62,386 nucleotides of DNA, taken from NCBI GenBank assembly GCA_045594545.1, contig JAZNYQ010000093.1, positions 1 through 62,386 of the forward strand, written 5' to 3'. Both the position numbers and the translations under genes were made by a program. Positions 37,450 to 46,642 of the stretch are shown here, one piece after another. This DNA comes from Eubacteriales bacterium. Lineage in GTDB: Bacteria > Bacillota > Clostridia > Oscillospirales > UMGS1783. Positions within the stretch are counted from its first letter, which is position 1, and every line of letters starts with the position of its first letter. The notes below the pieces were generated by a model. That model searched no databases, had not been told where the DNA came from, and saw only the letters and a list, made by a program, of their open reading frames with translations.

Positions 37450-38019
37450 ATGAACGAAATCAATATTGAAACATCTGCAAGACATATCCATGTATCTGCG
37501 GCAGATCTGGAGAAGCTGTTTGGTGCCGGATATGAATTGACCCCGAAGAAGGATCTTTCGCAACCCGGTCAGTATGCTTGTAATGAAAAGGTTACCGTTA
37601 AGGGACCGAAAGGTGAGCTGAAAATGAGCATTCTCGGTCCTACCAGAAAACAGACTCAGGTTGAGATTTCCTTAACTGATGCTCGTGCAATCGGACTGAA
37701 GGTTCCCATTCGCGAATCGGGCGATCTGGCGGGAAGTGCCGGATGCGTTATTGTTGGTCCTGCCGGTGAGGTTACCATCGAGGAAGGTGTTGTTGCGGCA
37801 AAGCGTCACATTCATCTGTCTGTGGACGAAGCGGCGGAATTGAACGTTACGGATAAGCAAATCGTTAAAGTGCAGATTGATTCGAAAGAGCGTTCTATTA
37901 TTTTTGGTGATGTTGTGGTACGTGTCAACAAAGATTATCGCAACGCTATGCATATTGATACCGATGAATCCAATGCGGCTTGCTTGGATGGCACGGAAAA
38001 AGGTACAATTCTGAAATAA
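37450..38019 (+). CDS. pduL: PduL-type phosphate acyltransferase (phosphotransacylase)
   Basis: 189-aa ORF with the duplicated PduL signature SARHIHVS and AKRHIHLS. AAGGAG SD upstream. Confidence 0.85.
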   Translation: MNEINIETSARHIHVSAADLEKLFGAGYELTPKKDLSQPGQYACNEKVTVKGPKGELKMSILGPTRKQTQVEISLTDARAIGLKVPIRESGDLAGSAGCVIVGPAGEVTIEEGVVAAKRHIHLSVDEAAELNVTDKQIVKVQIDSKERSIIFGDVVVRVNKDYRNAMHIDTDESNAACLDGTEKGTILK

Positions 38020-38025
38020 ATGATT

Positions 38026-38058
38026 ATAATCCCCTATTTGCATAGGGGATTATTTTAA
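38026..38058 (+). terminator. Intrinsic terminator after pduL
   Basis: 12-bp perfect stem ATAATCCCCTAT / ATAGGGGATTAT with loop TTGC, followed by TTTTAAAA. Confidence 0.75.
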
Positions 38059-38070
38059 AAGGTGTTATTC

Positions 38071-39342
38071 ATGAAAAAATATATAACAGCCCTATTGATT
38101 TTCATTTTATTATTCTCTTGTATCCCTGTGATGGCCAATTCATCAACATTAGTAACCATTATGAATTGTGATACGGGACGGTTAATTACCGATTCGAATG
38201 GAAATACACAATTCAATATGACACAGGAAAATGATATGACATATTTTACCGATGCAGATGGAAAATATTTGGATTTATCCGGTAATCGTGTAGAGTTATC
38301 CAATCGTTCGGTTTCCTATTTTGTTACGACATTATCCATGAATCGTTCGCAAATTCAGCTATCAAATAAGAAATATGTATTTGATACCGATGACGGATCG
38401 TCAAATGAGGCAACGATTGCAACGGATAATAAGGGAACGGCCATTTCCTGTGCATGGTTTATTACTCCGATTGAAAATGGACGGCCGTTGCGTATTTTGT
38501 GTTTGGGGGATTCTTTGACATACGGTGTGGATTTGGATTTAGGCGGAACATCAAATCCTAGAGTTGCCTATCGACAAACACTTTCACGGAATTTGATCGA
38601 TTATTTTGGTTCGGTTGCTTTTGTAGGTAACGTAGACGAGTACACAACCACCATCAATGATCCCTATCTTTATCGCCATTCGGGATACAGCGGATATGTA
38701 ATTGAGGATGTATATCATGTTGATCAGCATCCGGGAATCAAACCCATGGTGGATGATATGATGGCAAAATATCAGCCGGATATTGTCATTATGATGCTGG
38801 GAACGAATGATCTGGGATTATCAATCATGACCGGAGACATTATTCCCCGATGGGAGAATCTTGTTCGACAGATTGAGGGACAATTGCCGGATAACGGTCT
38901 TATTCTGTGTGCCACCCTTCCCCCTCTTTTAAATTCCACAAAAGAACCTATGTTTAATGAAAAGATGCAGGCTCGACTTCGGGAATTGGCCAATGAAGGG
39001 CTGAAAATAGGTTTTGCCGACACGTATACCCCACTCATGGAAAATGAACGTGGATTTCTGAATGACGATGGTGTGCACTTTAATTACCGCGGATATGACG
39101 TAATGGGACAGGTGTTCACGCAGGCCATCGTAAGCGCATATGATTCATCCGGTAAAAAAATAACACCCAATCCGTTAATTCCGGCGGATCCTTATGCCGA
39201 ACCGTCTGAATCAAGCGGCTCATCGAGTAATTCAAACGTCCCTACTTCCCCATCATCGATTATATGGATTCTGATAGGTATAGGGATAGCCATTATTGCT
39301 GCCATCGTTGTTTTATTTTATGTTCTCAAGAAAAAAAGATAA
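38071..39342 (+). CDS. Secreted SGNH/GDSL hydrolase with an unknown N-terminal domain and a C-terminal membrane anchor
   Basis: ORF 38062..39342. ATG at 38071 (MKKYITALLIFILLFSCIPVMA, signal peptide). SGNH blocks: LCLGDSLTYG, MLGTNDLG and DDGVHFNYRGY. A Ser-rich linker is followed by the TM helix IIWILIGIGIAIIAAIVVLFYVL and KKKR. Confidence 0.75.
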   Translation: MKKYITALLIFILLFSCIPVMANSSTLVTIMNCDTGRLITDSNGNTQFNMTQENDMTYFTDADGKYLDLSGNRVELSNRSVSYFVTTLSMNRSQIQLSNKKYVFDTDDGSSNEATIATDNKGTAISCAWFITPIENGRPLRILCLGDSLTYGVDLDLGGTSNPRVAYRQTLSRNLIDYFGSVAFVGNVDEYTTTINDPYLYRHSGYSGYVIEDVYHVDQHPGIKPMVDDMMAKYQPDIVIMMLGTNDLGLSIMTGDIIPRWENLVRQIEGQLPDNGLILCATLPPLLNSTKEPMFNEKMQARLRELANEGLKIGFADTYTPLMENERGFLNDDGVHFNYRGYDVMGQVFTQAIVSAYDSSGKKITPNPLIPADPYAEPSESSGSSSNSNVPTSPSSIIWILIGIGIAIIAAIVVLFYVLKKKR

Positions 39343-39344
39343 AC

Positions 39345-39371
39345 AAAAGGATGCCGATTTGGCATCCTTTT
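39345..39371. terminator. Bidirectional intrinsic terminator between the SGNH hydrolase gene (+) and ligA (-)
   Basis: Stem AAAAGGATGCC / GGCATCCTTTT with loop GATTT. The A/T tracts are part of the arms on both sides. Confidence 0.75.
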
Positions 39372-39373
39372 TC

Positions 39374-41350
39374 TTATTTGAGCATTTCCAGAAATTCGGT
39401 TTCGTTGATGACGGCAACGCCTAAAGTATTGGCCTTATCCAATTTACTACCGGCATCCTCTCCGGCTAAGACATAAGTTGTTTTTTTAGAAACAGATGAG
39501 GAAACCTTTCCGCCCTGTGCAATAATCAGTTCCGATGCTTGGTCACGGGTTAAATGCTCCAACTTGCCCGTTAAGACAAAAACAGCATTGGAAAAGCGAT
39601 TGCCAACCTGTTTGCGTTCATAGATCATAACCACGCCGACCTCTTGCAGTTTTTCGATGAGATTTTGCGATTCCTCTTGTGCGAAAAAGTTTTGAATACA
39701 AGTCGCAGTAATTGCGCCGACATCAGTTATATCTGTTAACTGCTCATGCGTAGCATTCATGACCGCACGGATATCGCCAAAGGTTTCGGCAAGCACTTTT
39801 GCCGCCTGTTTACCGACTTGGCGAATGCCGAGAGCAAAGATGACACGATCCAATCCGCCGGTCTTTGAACGTTCAATTGCTGAAACTAAATTTGAGGCAG
39901 ATTTTTCACCCATCCGCTCCAATCCAATCAGATCTTCCGTTTTGAGAAGGTACAGGTCTGAGGGGCGTTTCAGCAGGCCGGAAGCGATTAACTGTGAAAT
40001 CACAGCAGGGCCAAGGCCGTCAATATCCATGGCATCGCGAGAGCAAAAATGTTCGATATGACGCTGCAACTGTGCAGGGCATGATGGATTGACGCAACGA
40101 ACGGCTGCTTCATCTTCCTCTCTCACAACAGGACTGCCGCAAGAAGGACAATGGGTAGGCATGGTATACGGAACGCTGTTTGGCTGCCTTTTTTCTTTGG
40201 ATACCCCGACAACTTCCGGAATAATGTCGCCGGCCTTACGAACCTGAATAATATCCCCTACGCGAATATCTTTGGAAGTTATAAAATCGATATTATGCAG
40301 GGTAGCGCGTGAAACGGTGGTACCGGCAAGACGAATGGGATTAAAGTTCGCATTGGGGGTAAGAACGCCCGTACGTCCGACTTGGATTGTGATCTCGTTA
40401 AGCTGCGTTTCTTTTACTTCAGGGGGATATTTATAGGCCACTGCCCATTTGGGTACCTTAGAAGTTGTACCTAATCGTTCCCGCTGAGTAAAATCATCCA
40501 CTTTAATTACCGCACCGTCAATATCAAACGGCAAAGAATCTCGTGACTCCCCTAATTCTTTTATTTTATTAAGGACATCATCAAAGTTAGAAAATGGGCC
40601 GTAATAAGCATTGGTGGGAAAACCTAACTTTGATAAATATTGAAGAGTTTGGCTGTGTTTTTCCAAGGTAACGCCTTCGATTCGCTGTAAATTGAAGACA
40701 AGAATATCCAAATGACGCTGTGCACATATCTTTGAATCCAGTTGACGAAGAGAGCCTGCGGCAGCATTTCGAGGATTGGCAAAACAAGCCTGCCCCTCCG
40801 CTTCTCGCTTGGCGTTGATAGACTCAAAAACCTTTTTAGGCATATACACTTCACCGCGAACCTCTAACAGTGGGAGTGTTTCGGGCAGTGTCAAGGGAAT
40901 GGAGTGAATGGTCTTCATGTTTTCGGTTACATTTTCACCGGTAGCACCATCACCACGAGTAGAGCCAAGCGTAAAAACCCCGTTTTGATATTCAAGGCTG
41001 GCCGATAAGCCGTCAATTTTAGGCTCTAATATATACTGAGGATCCGATATTGTTTCTCTTACGCGACGGTCAAATTCCCGTAATTCATCAAAAGAAAACG
41101 CATCTTGTAACGACAGCATAGGGACGGCATGAGTTACCTGCTCAAACTTATCAAGAACAGCGCCACCAACACGTTTGGTTAACGAAGAGGCAGAAGCATA
41201 TTCGGGATATTGTTTTTCCAAGTCGGCCAATTCCCGAAGCATCATGTCGTACTCGTAATCGGATATTTCAGGAGCATCATCCGTGTAATATTTCTTGGCA
41301 TGATACTCCAATTGTTGATTTAATTGCATCATTTTCTTTTGAATGTCCAT
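39374..41350 (-). CDS. ligA: NAD-dependent DNA ligase
   Basis: 658-aa ORF with the adenylation motif KIDGLS, a C4 zinc finger (CPSCGSPV...CVNPSCPAQ), HhH repeats and a C-terminal BRCT domain. Confidence 0.97.
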   Translation of the reverse strand: MDIQKKMMQLNQQLEYHAKKYYTDDAPEISDYEYDMMLRELADLEKQYPEYASASSLTKRVGGAVLDKFEQVTHAVPMLSLQDAFSFDELREFDRRVRETISDPQYILEPKIDGLSASLEYQNGVFTLGSTRGDGATGENVTENMKTIHSIPLTLPETLPLLEVRGEVYMPKKVFESINAKREAEGQACFANPRNAAAGSLRQLDSKICAQRHLDILVFNLQRIEGVTLEKHSQTLQYLSKLGFPTNAYYGPFSNFDDVLNKIKELGESRDSLPFDIDGAVIKVDDFTQRERLGTTSKVPKWAVAYKYPPEVKETQLNEITIQVGRTGVLTPNANFNPIRLAGTTVSRATLHNIDFITSKDIRVGDIIQVRKAGDIIPEVVGVSKEKRQPNSVPYTMPTHCPSCGSPVVREEDEAAVRCVNPSCPAQLQRHIEHFCSRDAMDIDGLGPAVISQLIASGLLKRPSDLYLLKTEDLIGLERMGEKSASNLVSAIERSKTGGLDRVIFALGIRQVGKQAAKVLAETFGDIRAVMNATHEQLTDITDVGAITATCIQNFFAQEESQNLIEKLQEVGVVMIYERKQVGNRFSNAVFVLTGKLEHLTRDQASELIIAQGGKVSSSVSKKTTYVLAGEDAGSKLDKANTLGVAVINETEFLEMLK

Positions 41351-41356
41351 CTTCTT

Positions 41357-42052
41357 CTATCCTAATTCTAAAAAGTTATTCACTTTATCCCAAAGCTCTT
41401 CATTGGTAGTAACATTGGTATAGTTTTCCGGCACAACACCCAACAAAACCGATTCACCAAGGACAATGGATGTGCTTACCGTTGTATACTCGGTATAAGC
41501 CGGCATAACAATTCCGATGGTAACGGTAACCTCAAGAATGATCTGATGAAGCGTTTGATTGATCCCTGCGGCTGAGAAGGTATTGATAATATCCGTTTCC
41601 GCATATCCTACCGGAAGCAGCCCTATGTATATGCGGGGACCGACACCGGATAACAATTCCCCGCCGATAACACTACCGATCGGTATGCCGATCGTAGCCT
41701 CGTCAATTTGATTAACATGGTCGGTAATTTCAGAGGTTAATTCCGCCTTTAAGCGGTTAATAATGGATGCATTTGTTCTCAATGCCGTTACGCGGTTTTC
41801 ATGATCGTATTCCAAAACGATCATAGAATCATAGGAAATAAATTCGATTGCCAAGACCTGATCAACAGCGGCATTTATTGCTCTCGTGGCCATAGATTTT
41901 GCTCTGGCGACCGCAATGGGACGGATCATGGGACGTAATCTGGCTAGGAGAATTAAAAATAATAATGCAATCACAGTCAGGCAACAGATACACCCCACTA
42001 AAAAACGGCGGATCTTCTTTTTGCGGGTACCGCACAACATATGTTTACTCAA
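41357..42052 (-). CDS. yunB: Sporulation protein YunB
   Basis: 231-aa ORF with an N-terminal TM helix. The conserved core includes FSAAGINQTLHQIILEVTVTIGIVMP and LLGVVPENY, as I recall for YunB. Confidence 0.75.
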   Translation of the reverse strand: MSKHMLCGTRKKKIRRFLVGCICCLTVIALLFLILLARLRPMIRPIAVARAKSMATRAINAAVDQVLAIEFISYDSMIVLEYDHENRVTALRTNASIINRLKAELTSEITDHVNQIDEATIGIPIGSVIGGELLSGVGPRIYIGLLPVGYAETDIINTFSAAGINQTLHQIILEVTVTIGIVMPAYTEYTTVSTSIVLGESVLLGVVPENYTNVTTNEELWDKVNNFLELG

Positions 42053-42105
42053 TATTCATTCACCCATACCAGTATATGAATATGGGTGAAGAATTTACAA
42101 TGGAT

Positions 42106-43284
42106 TTAATCCATTCGCAGGCAATTAATAGGATCTAACGCGGCTGCTTTTTTTGCCGGGTATACACTAAATATAATACCGATTCCTGCGCAAAAAAGCA
42201 AGGCACAAATGGCAATATTTATATCAAAATTTGAATTTATACCCAGAATCGGTTTAGCGGCCAGAGAAAGCAGATACCCCAACACGACGCCAATGATCCC
42301 GCCGAACAAGGATATGGCGACAGCCTCGGAAACAAATTCGGCCATAATGTTTGTATTTGTGGCTCCTATTGCTTTCTTCATTCCGATCTCCAATTTGCGT
42401 TCATTCACAGCCACAAGCATAATGGTCATCACGCCAAGTCCACCAACAATTAAGGACACGGCAGCAATTGCCGAAATTATAATCGTAACCGTTTGCATAA
42501 CTGCGTTTATTGTGTTTTGATGGGTGGAGAGATTTTCGTAAAAATAACCGCTTTTGTGAGTATGCGCGCTTAATACGGATGTCGTTCTTTTGCTAACCAT
42601 ATCCGTATCGGCATTCTCATCTAAAGACATAATAAAGGCATCGAAGGTAGATGTTTGTGACAATTCAAAATATGTGGTATACGGAATATAGACAAACACA
42701 GCAGAATCACCCAACAATCCGCCGATAGCCATATCGGATTTGGAAATCACCCCGATAATTTCAAAGATTTCACTATGATTTTCAATAGAAACGGAAACAT
42801 TTTTTCCGACAATATTCTCTCGACCATATATTTTCTCAGCAAGTTCGGAGTCAATCATACATACTTTTGCTGCTCCTTTTATCTCTGACGATGAAAAGCC
42901 ACGGCCATATTTTGCCCCGGCAACCGAAAGGGCAATGGCATTATTACCGACACCGAGAGCGGATGTTGGTATTGTGGGAGTTTGTGCTCCGATTTGAATT
43001 GACTTATAAATTAAGGGCATGACAGATGTGATTTCATCGATTTGAGATTGAACATATTCCACTTCATTTATTGTAAACGGTTCGTTTGTAGGGGCAGAGA
43101 CAATAACACCGGAAAATCCAAAGGTCTGGAATGCATTCAGAATCTGTGAACGGCCGCCATTACCAACAGAATAGACAGCAATTACGGAGCATGTCCCCAC
43201 AATGATACCAATCATTGTTAATATGGTTCGCGAACCATGGCGAATCATATTTTGAATAGCCATTTTTATACAATCCGCTACCAT
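42106..43284 (-). CDS. MacB/FtsX-type ABC transporter permease
   Basis: ORF 42106..43293. The likely start is the ATG at 43284 (MVADCIK), which overlaps the adaptor stop (ATGGTAG). Layout: N-terminal TM, a large extracytoplasmic domain, and a C-terminal FtsX 3-TM bundle with ERKLEIGMKKAIGAT. Confidence 0.85.
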   Translation of the reverse strand: MVADCIKMAIQNMIRHGSRTILTMIGIIVGTCSVIAVYSVGNGGRSQILNAFQTFGFSGVIVSAPTNEPFTINEVEYVQSQIDEITSVMPLIYKSIQIGAQTPTIPTSALGVGNNAIALSVAGAKYGRGFSSSEIKGAAKVCMIDSELAEKIYGRENIVGKNVSVSIENHSEIFEIIGVISKSDMAIGGLLGDSAVFVYIPYTTYFELSQTSTFDAFIMSLDENADTDMVSKRTTSVLSAHTHKSGYFYENLSTHQNTINAVMQTVTIIISAIAAVSLIVGGLGVMTIMLVAVNERKLEIGMKKAIGATNTNIMAEFVSEAVAISLFGGIIGVVLGYLLSLAAKPILGINSNFDINIAICALLFCAGIGIIFSVYPAKKAAALDPINCLRMD

Positions 43285-44279
43285 GTTTTCCAATCCTTAT
43301 CCAACAATACGCGATCTCCTTCGTTTAATTCCTGACCGGTTGAAGATGCAATATAACACTCCTCATCAAAGTTTATCATTTCTGCATAACCGGATGATGA
43401 ATATTTACAATTGACATATTTTTTATTGACGATTCCATTATCATATATCCAAACATATTCTTGTCCTGATGGATCTTGATCGATAAGAGACATTGGAATT
43501 TTTACAACATTTTTCCTAATACCCAAGCGAATGGTTGCCGTGGCGGTAAAACCAGGTAATATTTCATTATCTGCATCGGTAATTCCAATTGAGACGGCAA
43601 CCTGCGCACCGTTATTATTTAATAGAGTCTGCGAAGCCTTATCTTCGATTTGATCTACATATCCGGAATATTTGTTATGGAACCCATTACCGCTAATGAT
43701 TACCGATTGACCTAGTTTAATTGCACCGATTCGATCTTCTCCTACCCAAATTTTTAAACGCATATCCTGATAATCCATAATGGAAAATATGGGTTTCCCG
43801 ATCGCTGTATATTCCCCGCTTTGGATATTTATCTCTTTGATATACCCGGAGTGAGGAGCATATATCCCTGCGCCGAATTGAGATATTGAAACATTATGTT
43901 CCTGAAGTGCCTGAGAATTTATAATCTCCAAAATTGCATTTTTATCAATGTTAGACGGAAGGAGCAGTGAGACACTTTCGTGATAGGGCGTTGAAATTGA
44001 TTCTTTATTATTAATATCTACCCGTGCAATCAGTTGACCTTCCGCTACATATTGACCCTCTTGAACATATATTTCCTTCATCATGGCTTGGGAGTTTAAA
44101 AAAACATGATACATAGGTGCTTGTATTGTGCCGCTATAAGACGCAGTATCGGCTGCTACACCTACTTGCGCCTTCGTTAAAGATACTTTGGGTACATTAT
44201 TATAAAAATAATCTGCTGTAAAACCAGAAACAGCCAGCAGTAGATAAGTAATGATAATAATTAACTTGTATTTTCTCAT
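43278..44279 (-). CDS. Membrane-fusion (HlyD/periplasmic adaptor) family protein
   Basis: 333-aa ORF with an N-terminal anchor, lipoyl-like halves (VQEGQYVAEGQLIARVD ... IYAPHSGYIKEINIQSGEYTAIGKPIFSI) and beta-barrel motifs (VGEDRIGAIKLGQSVII). The alpha-hairpin is very short. Confidence 0.75.
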   Translation of the reverse strand: MRKYKLIIIITYLLLAVSGFTADYFYNNVPKVSLTKAQVGVAADTASYSGTIQAPMYHVFLNSQAMMKEIYVQEGQYVAEGQLIARVDINNKESISTPYHESVSLLLPSNIDKNAILEIINSQALQEHNVSISQFGAGIYAPHSGYIKEINIQSGEYTAIGKPIFSIMDYQDMRLKIWVGEDRIGAIKLGQSVIISGNGFHNKYSGYVDQIEDKASQTLLNNNGAQVAVSIGITDADNEILPGFTATATIRLGIRKNVVKIPMSLIDQDPSGQEYVWIYDNGIVNKKYVNCKYSSSGYAEMINFDEECYIASSTGQELNEGDRVLLDKDWKTW

Positions 44280-44502
44280 AGAAACACCTCTTTCTCTGTA
44301 TCTATTTTAACAGTGAAAAAGGTAAATACACCTCATCCGAATAATAATTTTTTAGCAAGACACAATACCTCTTGGGGTGATAAAATTGGGAATTATTCGT
44401 TGTGAACATCCGTGCCGACATCAATCGGACGGATATTGCAAACTAAAACGACCGACAAATGTAAATCATCGTGATATTGCACGCACCGGATGTGCATTTT
44501 TT

Positions 44503-44534
44503 GAAAATAAAAAAAGGAATGATTAGTCATTCCT
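44503..44534 (-). terminator. Intrinsic terminator of thiT (the hairpin includes the stop codon)
   Basis: The minus strand reads AGGAATGA-CTAA-TCATTCCT followed by TTTTTTTATTTT. The TAA stop lies in the loop. Confidence 0.7.
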
Positions 44535-45068
44535 TTTTAGTGCAGGGATAAAGCTGATAGCAAAAGCAACTATGGTTGTAAAGATGAGTTCCGGCAACAT
44601 ATAGGATCCATTATATACGAGAGACCAGGTTAACGGAGTATAACCAATCTGGTCATATTCAGCAAATAAGATAACACCGGATAATACGTGCATAACATAA
44701 CGTAAAGTCAGGCACAAAATAGCACTGAGCCAGAGTCCGTGCTTTTTACCGTGAAACAATCCGGATAAACTTAAGCTTCCGTATGCCAACAAATAATCAA
44801 GAACAAGGGTACCAATAAATATGATGGGTGTCAGTCCCCAACTTGAAATTTGTGCAATATCCAGAATAATTTGTATGGTGGCATATGATATGCCTGTTAA
44901 CAGCCCCCATTTGATTCCATGCCGCCATCCTGCCAGCAAAATGGGTAGCATGCTTACGGCTGTTATGGAGCCGCCTAAGGCCCAAAACGAGTTAATCTTA
45001 ATAAAATTTAAGATAACAGCCATAGCGATCAGGATTGCACATTCTACAAGTTTTCTTACACGGGTCAT
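44523..45068 (-). CDS. thiT: ECF-transporter S component for thiamine (ThiT/YuaJ-like)
   Basis: ORF 44523..45083. ATG at 45068 (MTRVRKLVE), 7 nt after GGAGGA. About six TM helices. It lies immediately downstream of a TPP riboswitch. Confidence 0.8.
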   Translation of the reverse strand: MTRVRKLVECAILIAMAVILNFIKINSFWALGGSITAVSMLPILLAGWRHGIKWGLLTGISYATIQIILDIAQISSWGLTPIIFIGTLVLDYLLAYGSLSLSGLFHGKKHGLWLSAILCLTLRYVMHVLSGVILFAEYDQIGYTPLTWSLVYNGSYMLPELIFTTIVAFAISFIPALKRND

Positions 45069-45083
45069 TTTTCTTTCCTCCAA

Positions 45084-45218
45084 AAATAAAAATTCTCATA
45101 CGGAAAATCCGCATGAGAATATACGTGTATTAACGATCTCCCTACGCCGGCATTATCCGTATCAGGTTCCTTGGGTTCCGGATAACACCGATCTCAGCCG
45201 ATAAATCAGCACCCCATT
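45084..45218 (-). promoter_or_regulatory. TPP (THI-box) riboswitch with a terminator expression platform
   Basis: The minus strand reads GGGGTGC...GCTGAGA...ACCC..GAACCTGATACGGATAATGCCGGCGTAGGGA, the classical THI-box core. It is followed by the hairpin ATTCTCATGCGGATTTTCCGTATGAGAAT and TTTTTATTTTT. Confidence 0.9.
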
Positions 45219-45234
45219 TAATTTACAAAAATTA

Positions 45235-46158
45235 TTATAGCATTTTTTGGATATTTGTCAATACCGAATTGAAATATTCGGGAAGATCACTGTCAAAAAA
45301 CAATCGCTCTCCACTTATTGGATGTGTAAAGCCTAAAACCTTTGCATGTAGACATTGACCATTTAGTTTAAATATGTCTTTTTTGTCGCCATAGGTAGTA
45401 TCCCCTAATAGCGGATGACCGATATGGGACATATGAACACGAATTTGATGTGTGCGGCCGGTTTCCAACTTGCATTCGACATAAGTGTATTTATCGAGAT
45501 GCCTCAGTGTACGATAATGCGTCACGGCGTGCTTGCTGTTTTGCTCTGTAACAGCCATCTTCTTTCGGTCTGTCTTGCTACGACCGATAGGAGCATCAAC
45601 CGTTCCTTCATCGCCGGGATTTCCACAGACAATGGCGTGGTAAATGCGATCTATGGAATGCTCCTTAAACTGCGCAGCCAGGGATTGATGGGCCGGATCC
45701 GTTTTTGCAATAACCAATAAACCGCTGGTATTTTTATCAATTCGATGGACAATACCCGGTCGCATTACGCCATTAATTCCCGACAGTTCATTTCCGCAGG
45801 CATGCAACAAGGCATTAACCAATGTACCGTCCGGATTTCCCGCTGCAGGATGAACTACCATGCCCCGCGGTTTATTTACAACGGCAATATGATCATCCAT
45901 ATAGACAATATCCAATGGAATGTCTTGTGGGATTGCTTCACAAGGTACAGGTGTTGGAATCTCCAATGTAACAGTATCATCAACAAGGACGATCTGTTTT
46001 TTTGATGCAACCTTTTGATTCACCATAACCGAGCCAGATTGACATAGCTCAGCCAATGAGGAACGGGAATGGTTTGGCAATAACAATGACAATGCCTTGT
46101 CCAGACGTTCTCCTGCTTGCTCTTCAGTTATCTTCAGTTGCATCAATTGAGGGTTCAT
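45235..46158 (-). CDS. rluD: RluA-family 23S rRNA pseudouridine synthase (RluD-like)
   Basis: 307-aa ORF with an N-terminal S4 domain and the catalytic motif HRIDKNTSGLLVIAK. GGAG SD 7 nt upstream of the ATG at 46158. Confidence 0.88.
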   Translation of the reverse strand: MNPQLMQLKITEEQAGERLDKALSLLLPNHSRSSLAELCQSGSVMVNQKVASKKQIVLVDDTVTLEIPTPVPCEAIPQDIPLDIVYMDDHIAVVNKPRGMVVHPAAGNPDGTLVNALLHACGNELSGINGVMRPGIVHRIDKNTSGLLVIAKTDPAHQSLAAQFKEHSIDRIYHAIVCGNPGDEGTVDAPIGRSKTDRKKMAVTEQNSKHAVTHYRTLRHLDKYTYVECKLETGRTHQIRVHMSHIGHPLLGDTTYGDKKDIFKLNGQCLHAKVLGFTHPISGERLFFDSDLPEYFNSVLTNIQKML

Positions 46159-46642
46159 TCACAATCTCCGTGATTTGATTTTTTCTTTTAAACAGAGGAT
46201 TCTCCCTATCAAAAAACAGCAATACAACGATGAGGGCAATACCACCAAGCGTGATAAAGATATCAGCGACATTAAAGATGGCGAACTCCACAAAATCAAA
46301 CATAAACATATCGACAACATAGCCATAAAAAATACGATCAATCAAATTGCCAATACCGCCGCCTACGATAGCAGCAATACATATTTGATACGGAAGTGAT
46401 AGTTTTTTAAAAAAGAGCACATAGAGACCTGCCGCAACAACAAGTGCCGTAATAACAATCAAAATCCACGTATGTTCTCTTAAAATGGAAAAGGCGGCAC
46501 CCGTATTCTCAACATAATAAAAATGAAAAATGCCGGGAATCCCTTCAATCTCGGAAACCGGAGCCAACGCCGTCATGGCCCAGTATTTTACCAGACGGTC
46601 CAGTATAACAATACCAGCCATTATCATAAGAGATAATAACAT
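46124..46642 (-). CDS. lspA: Lipoprotein signal peptidase II
   Basis: 172-aa ORF with motifs NTGAAFS, GGIGNLIDR and FNVADI, and four TM segments. Confidence 0.9.
   Translation of the reverse strand: MLLSLMIMAGIVILDRLVKYWAMTALAPVSEIEGIPGIFHFYYVENTGAAFSILREHTWILIVITALVVAAGLYVLFFKKLSLPYQICIAAIVGGGIGNLIDRIFYGYVVDMFMFDFVEFAIFNVADIFITLGGIALIVVLLFFDRENPLFKRKNQITEIVNEPSIDATEDN

Noticed and set aside
42060-42092. Hairpin CACCCATA...TATGGGTG between the permease stop and the yunB start, considered as a terminator.
   Set aside because: It is an 8-bp stem with a 12-nt loop and no U-tract on either strand. That is too weak to call.
44393-44497. 34-aa minus-strand ORF (MHIRCVQYHDDLHLSVVLVCNIRPIDVGTDVHNE) upstream of the adaptor/permease pair. 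I considered it as a possible exported peptide precursor.
   Set aside because: The ATG is preceded only by an A-run that belongs to the thiT terminator tail, with no SD. There is no leader-peptide or double-glycine motif. It stays as part of the unassigned spacer in the finding rather than being called a gene.
44821-45204. 127-aa plus-strand ORF spanning the thiT 5' region and the TPP riboswitch.
   Set aside because: It overlaps a clear riboswitch and the thiT coding region on the opposite strand, with no SD. It is a shadow ORF.
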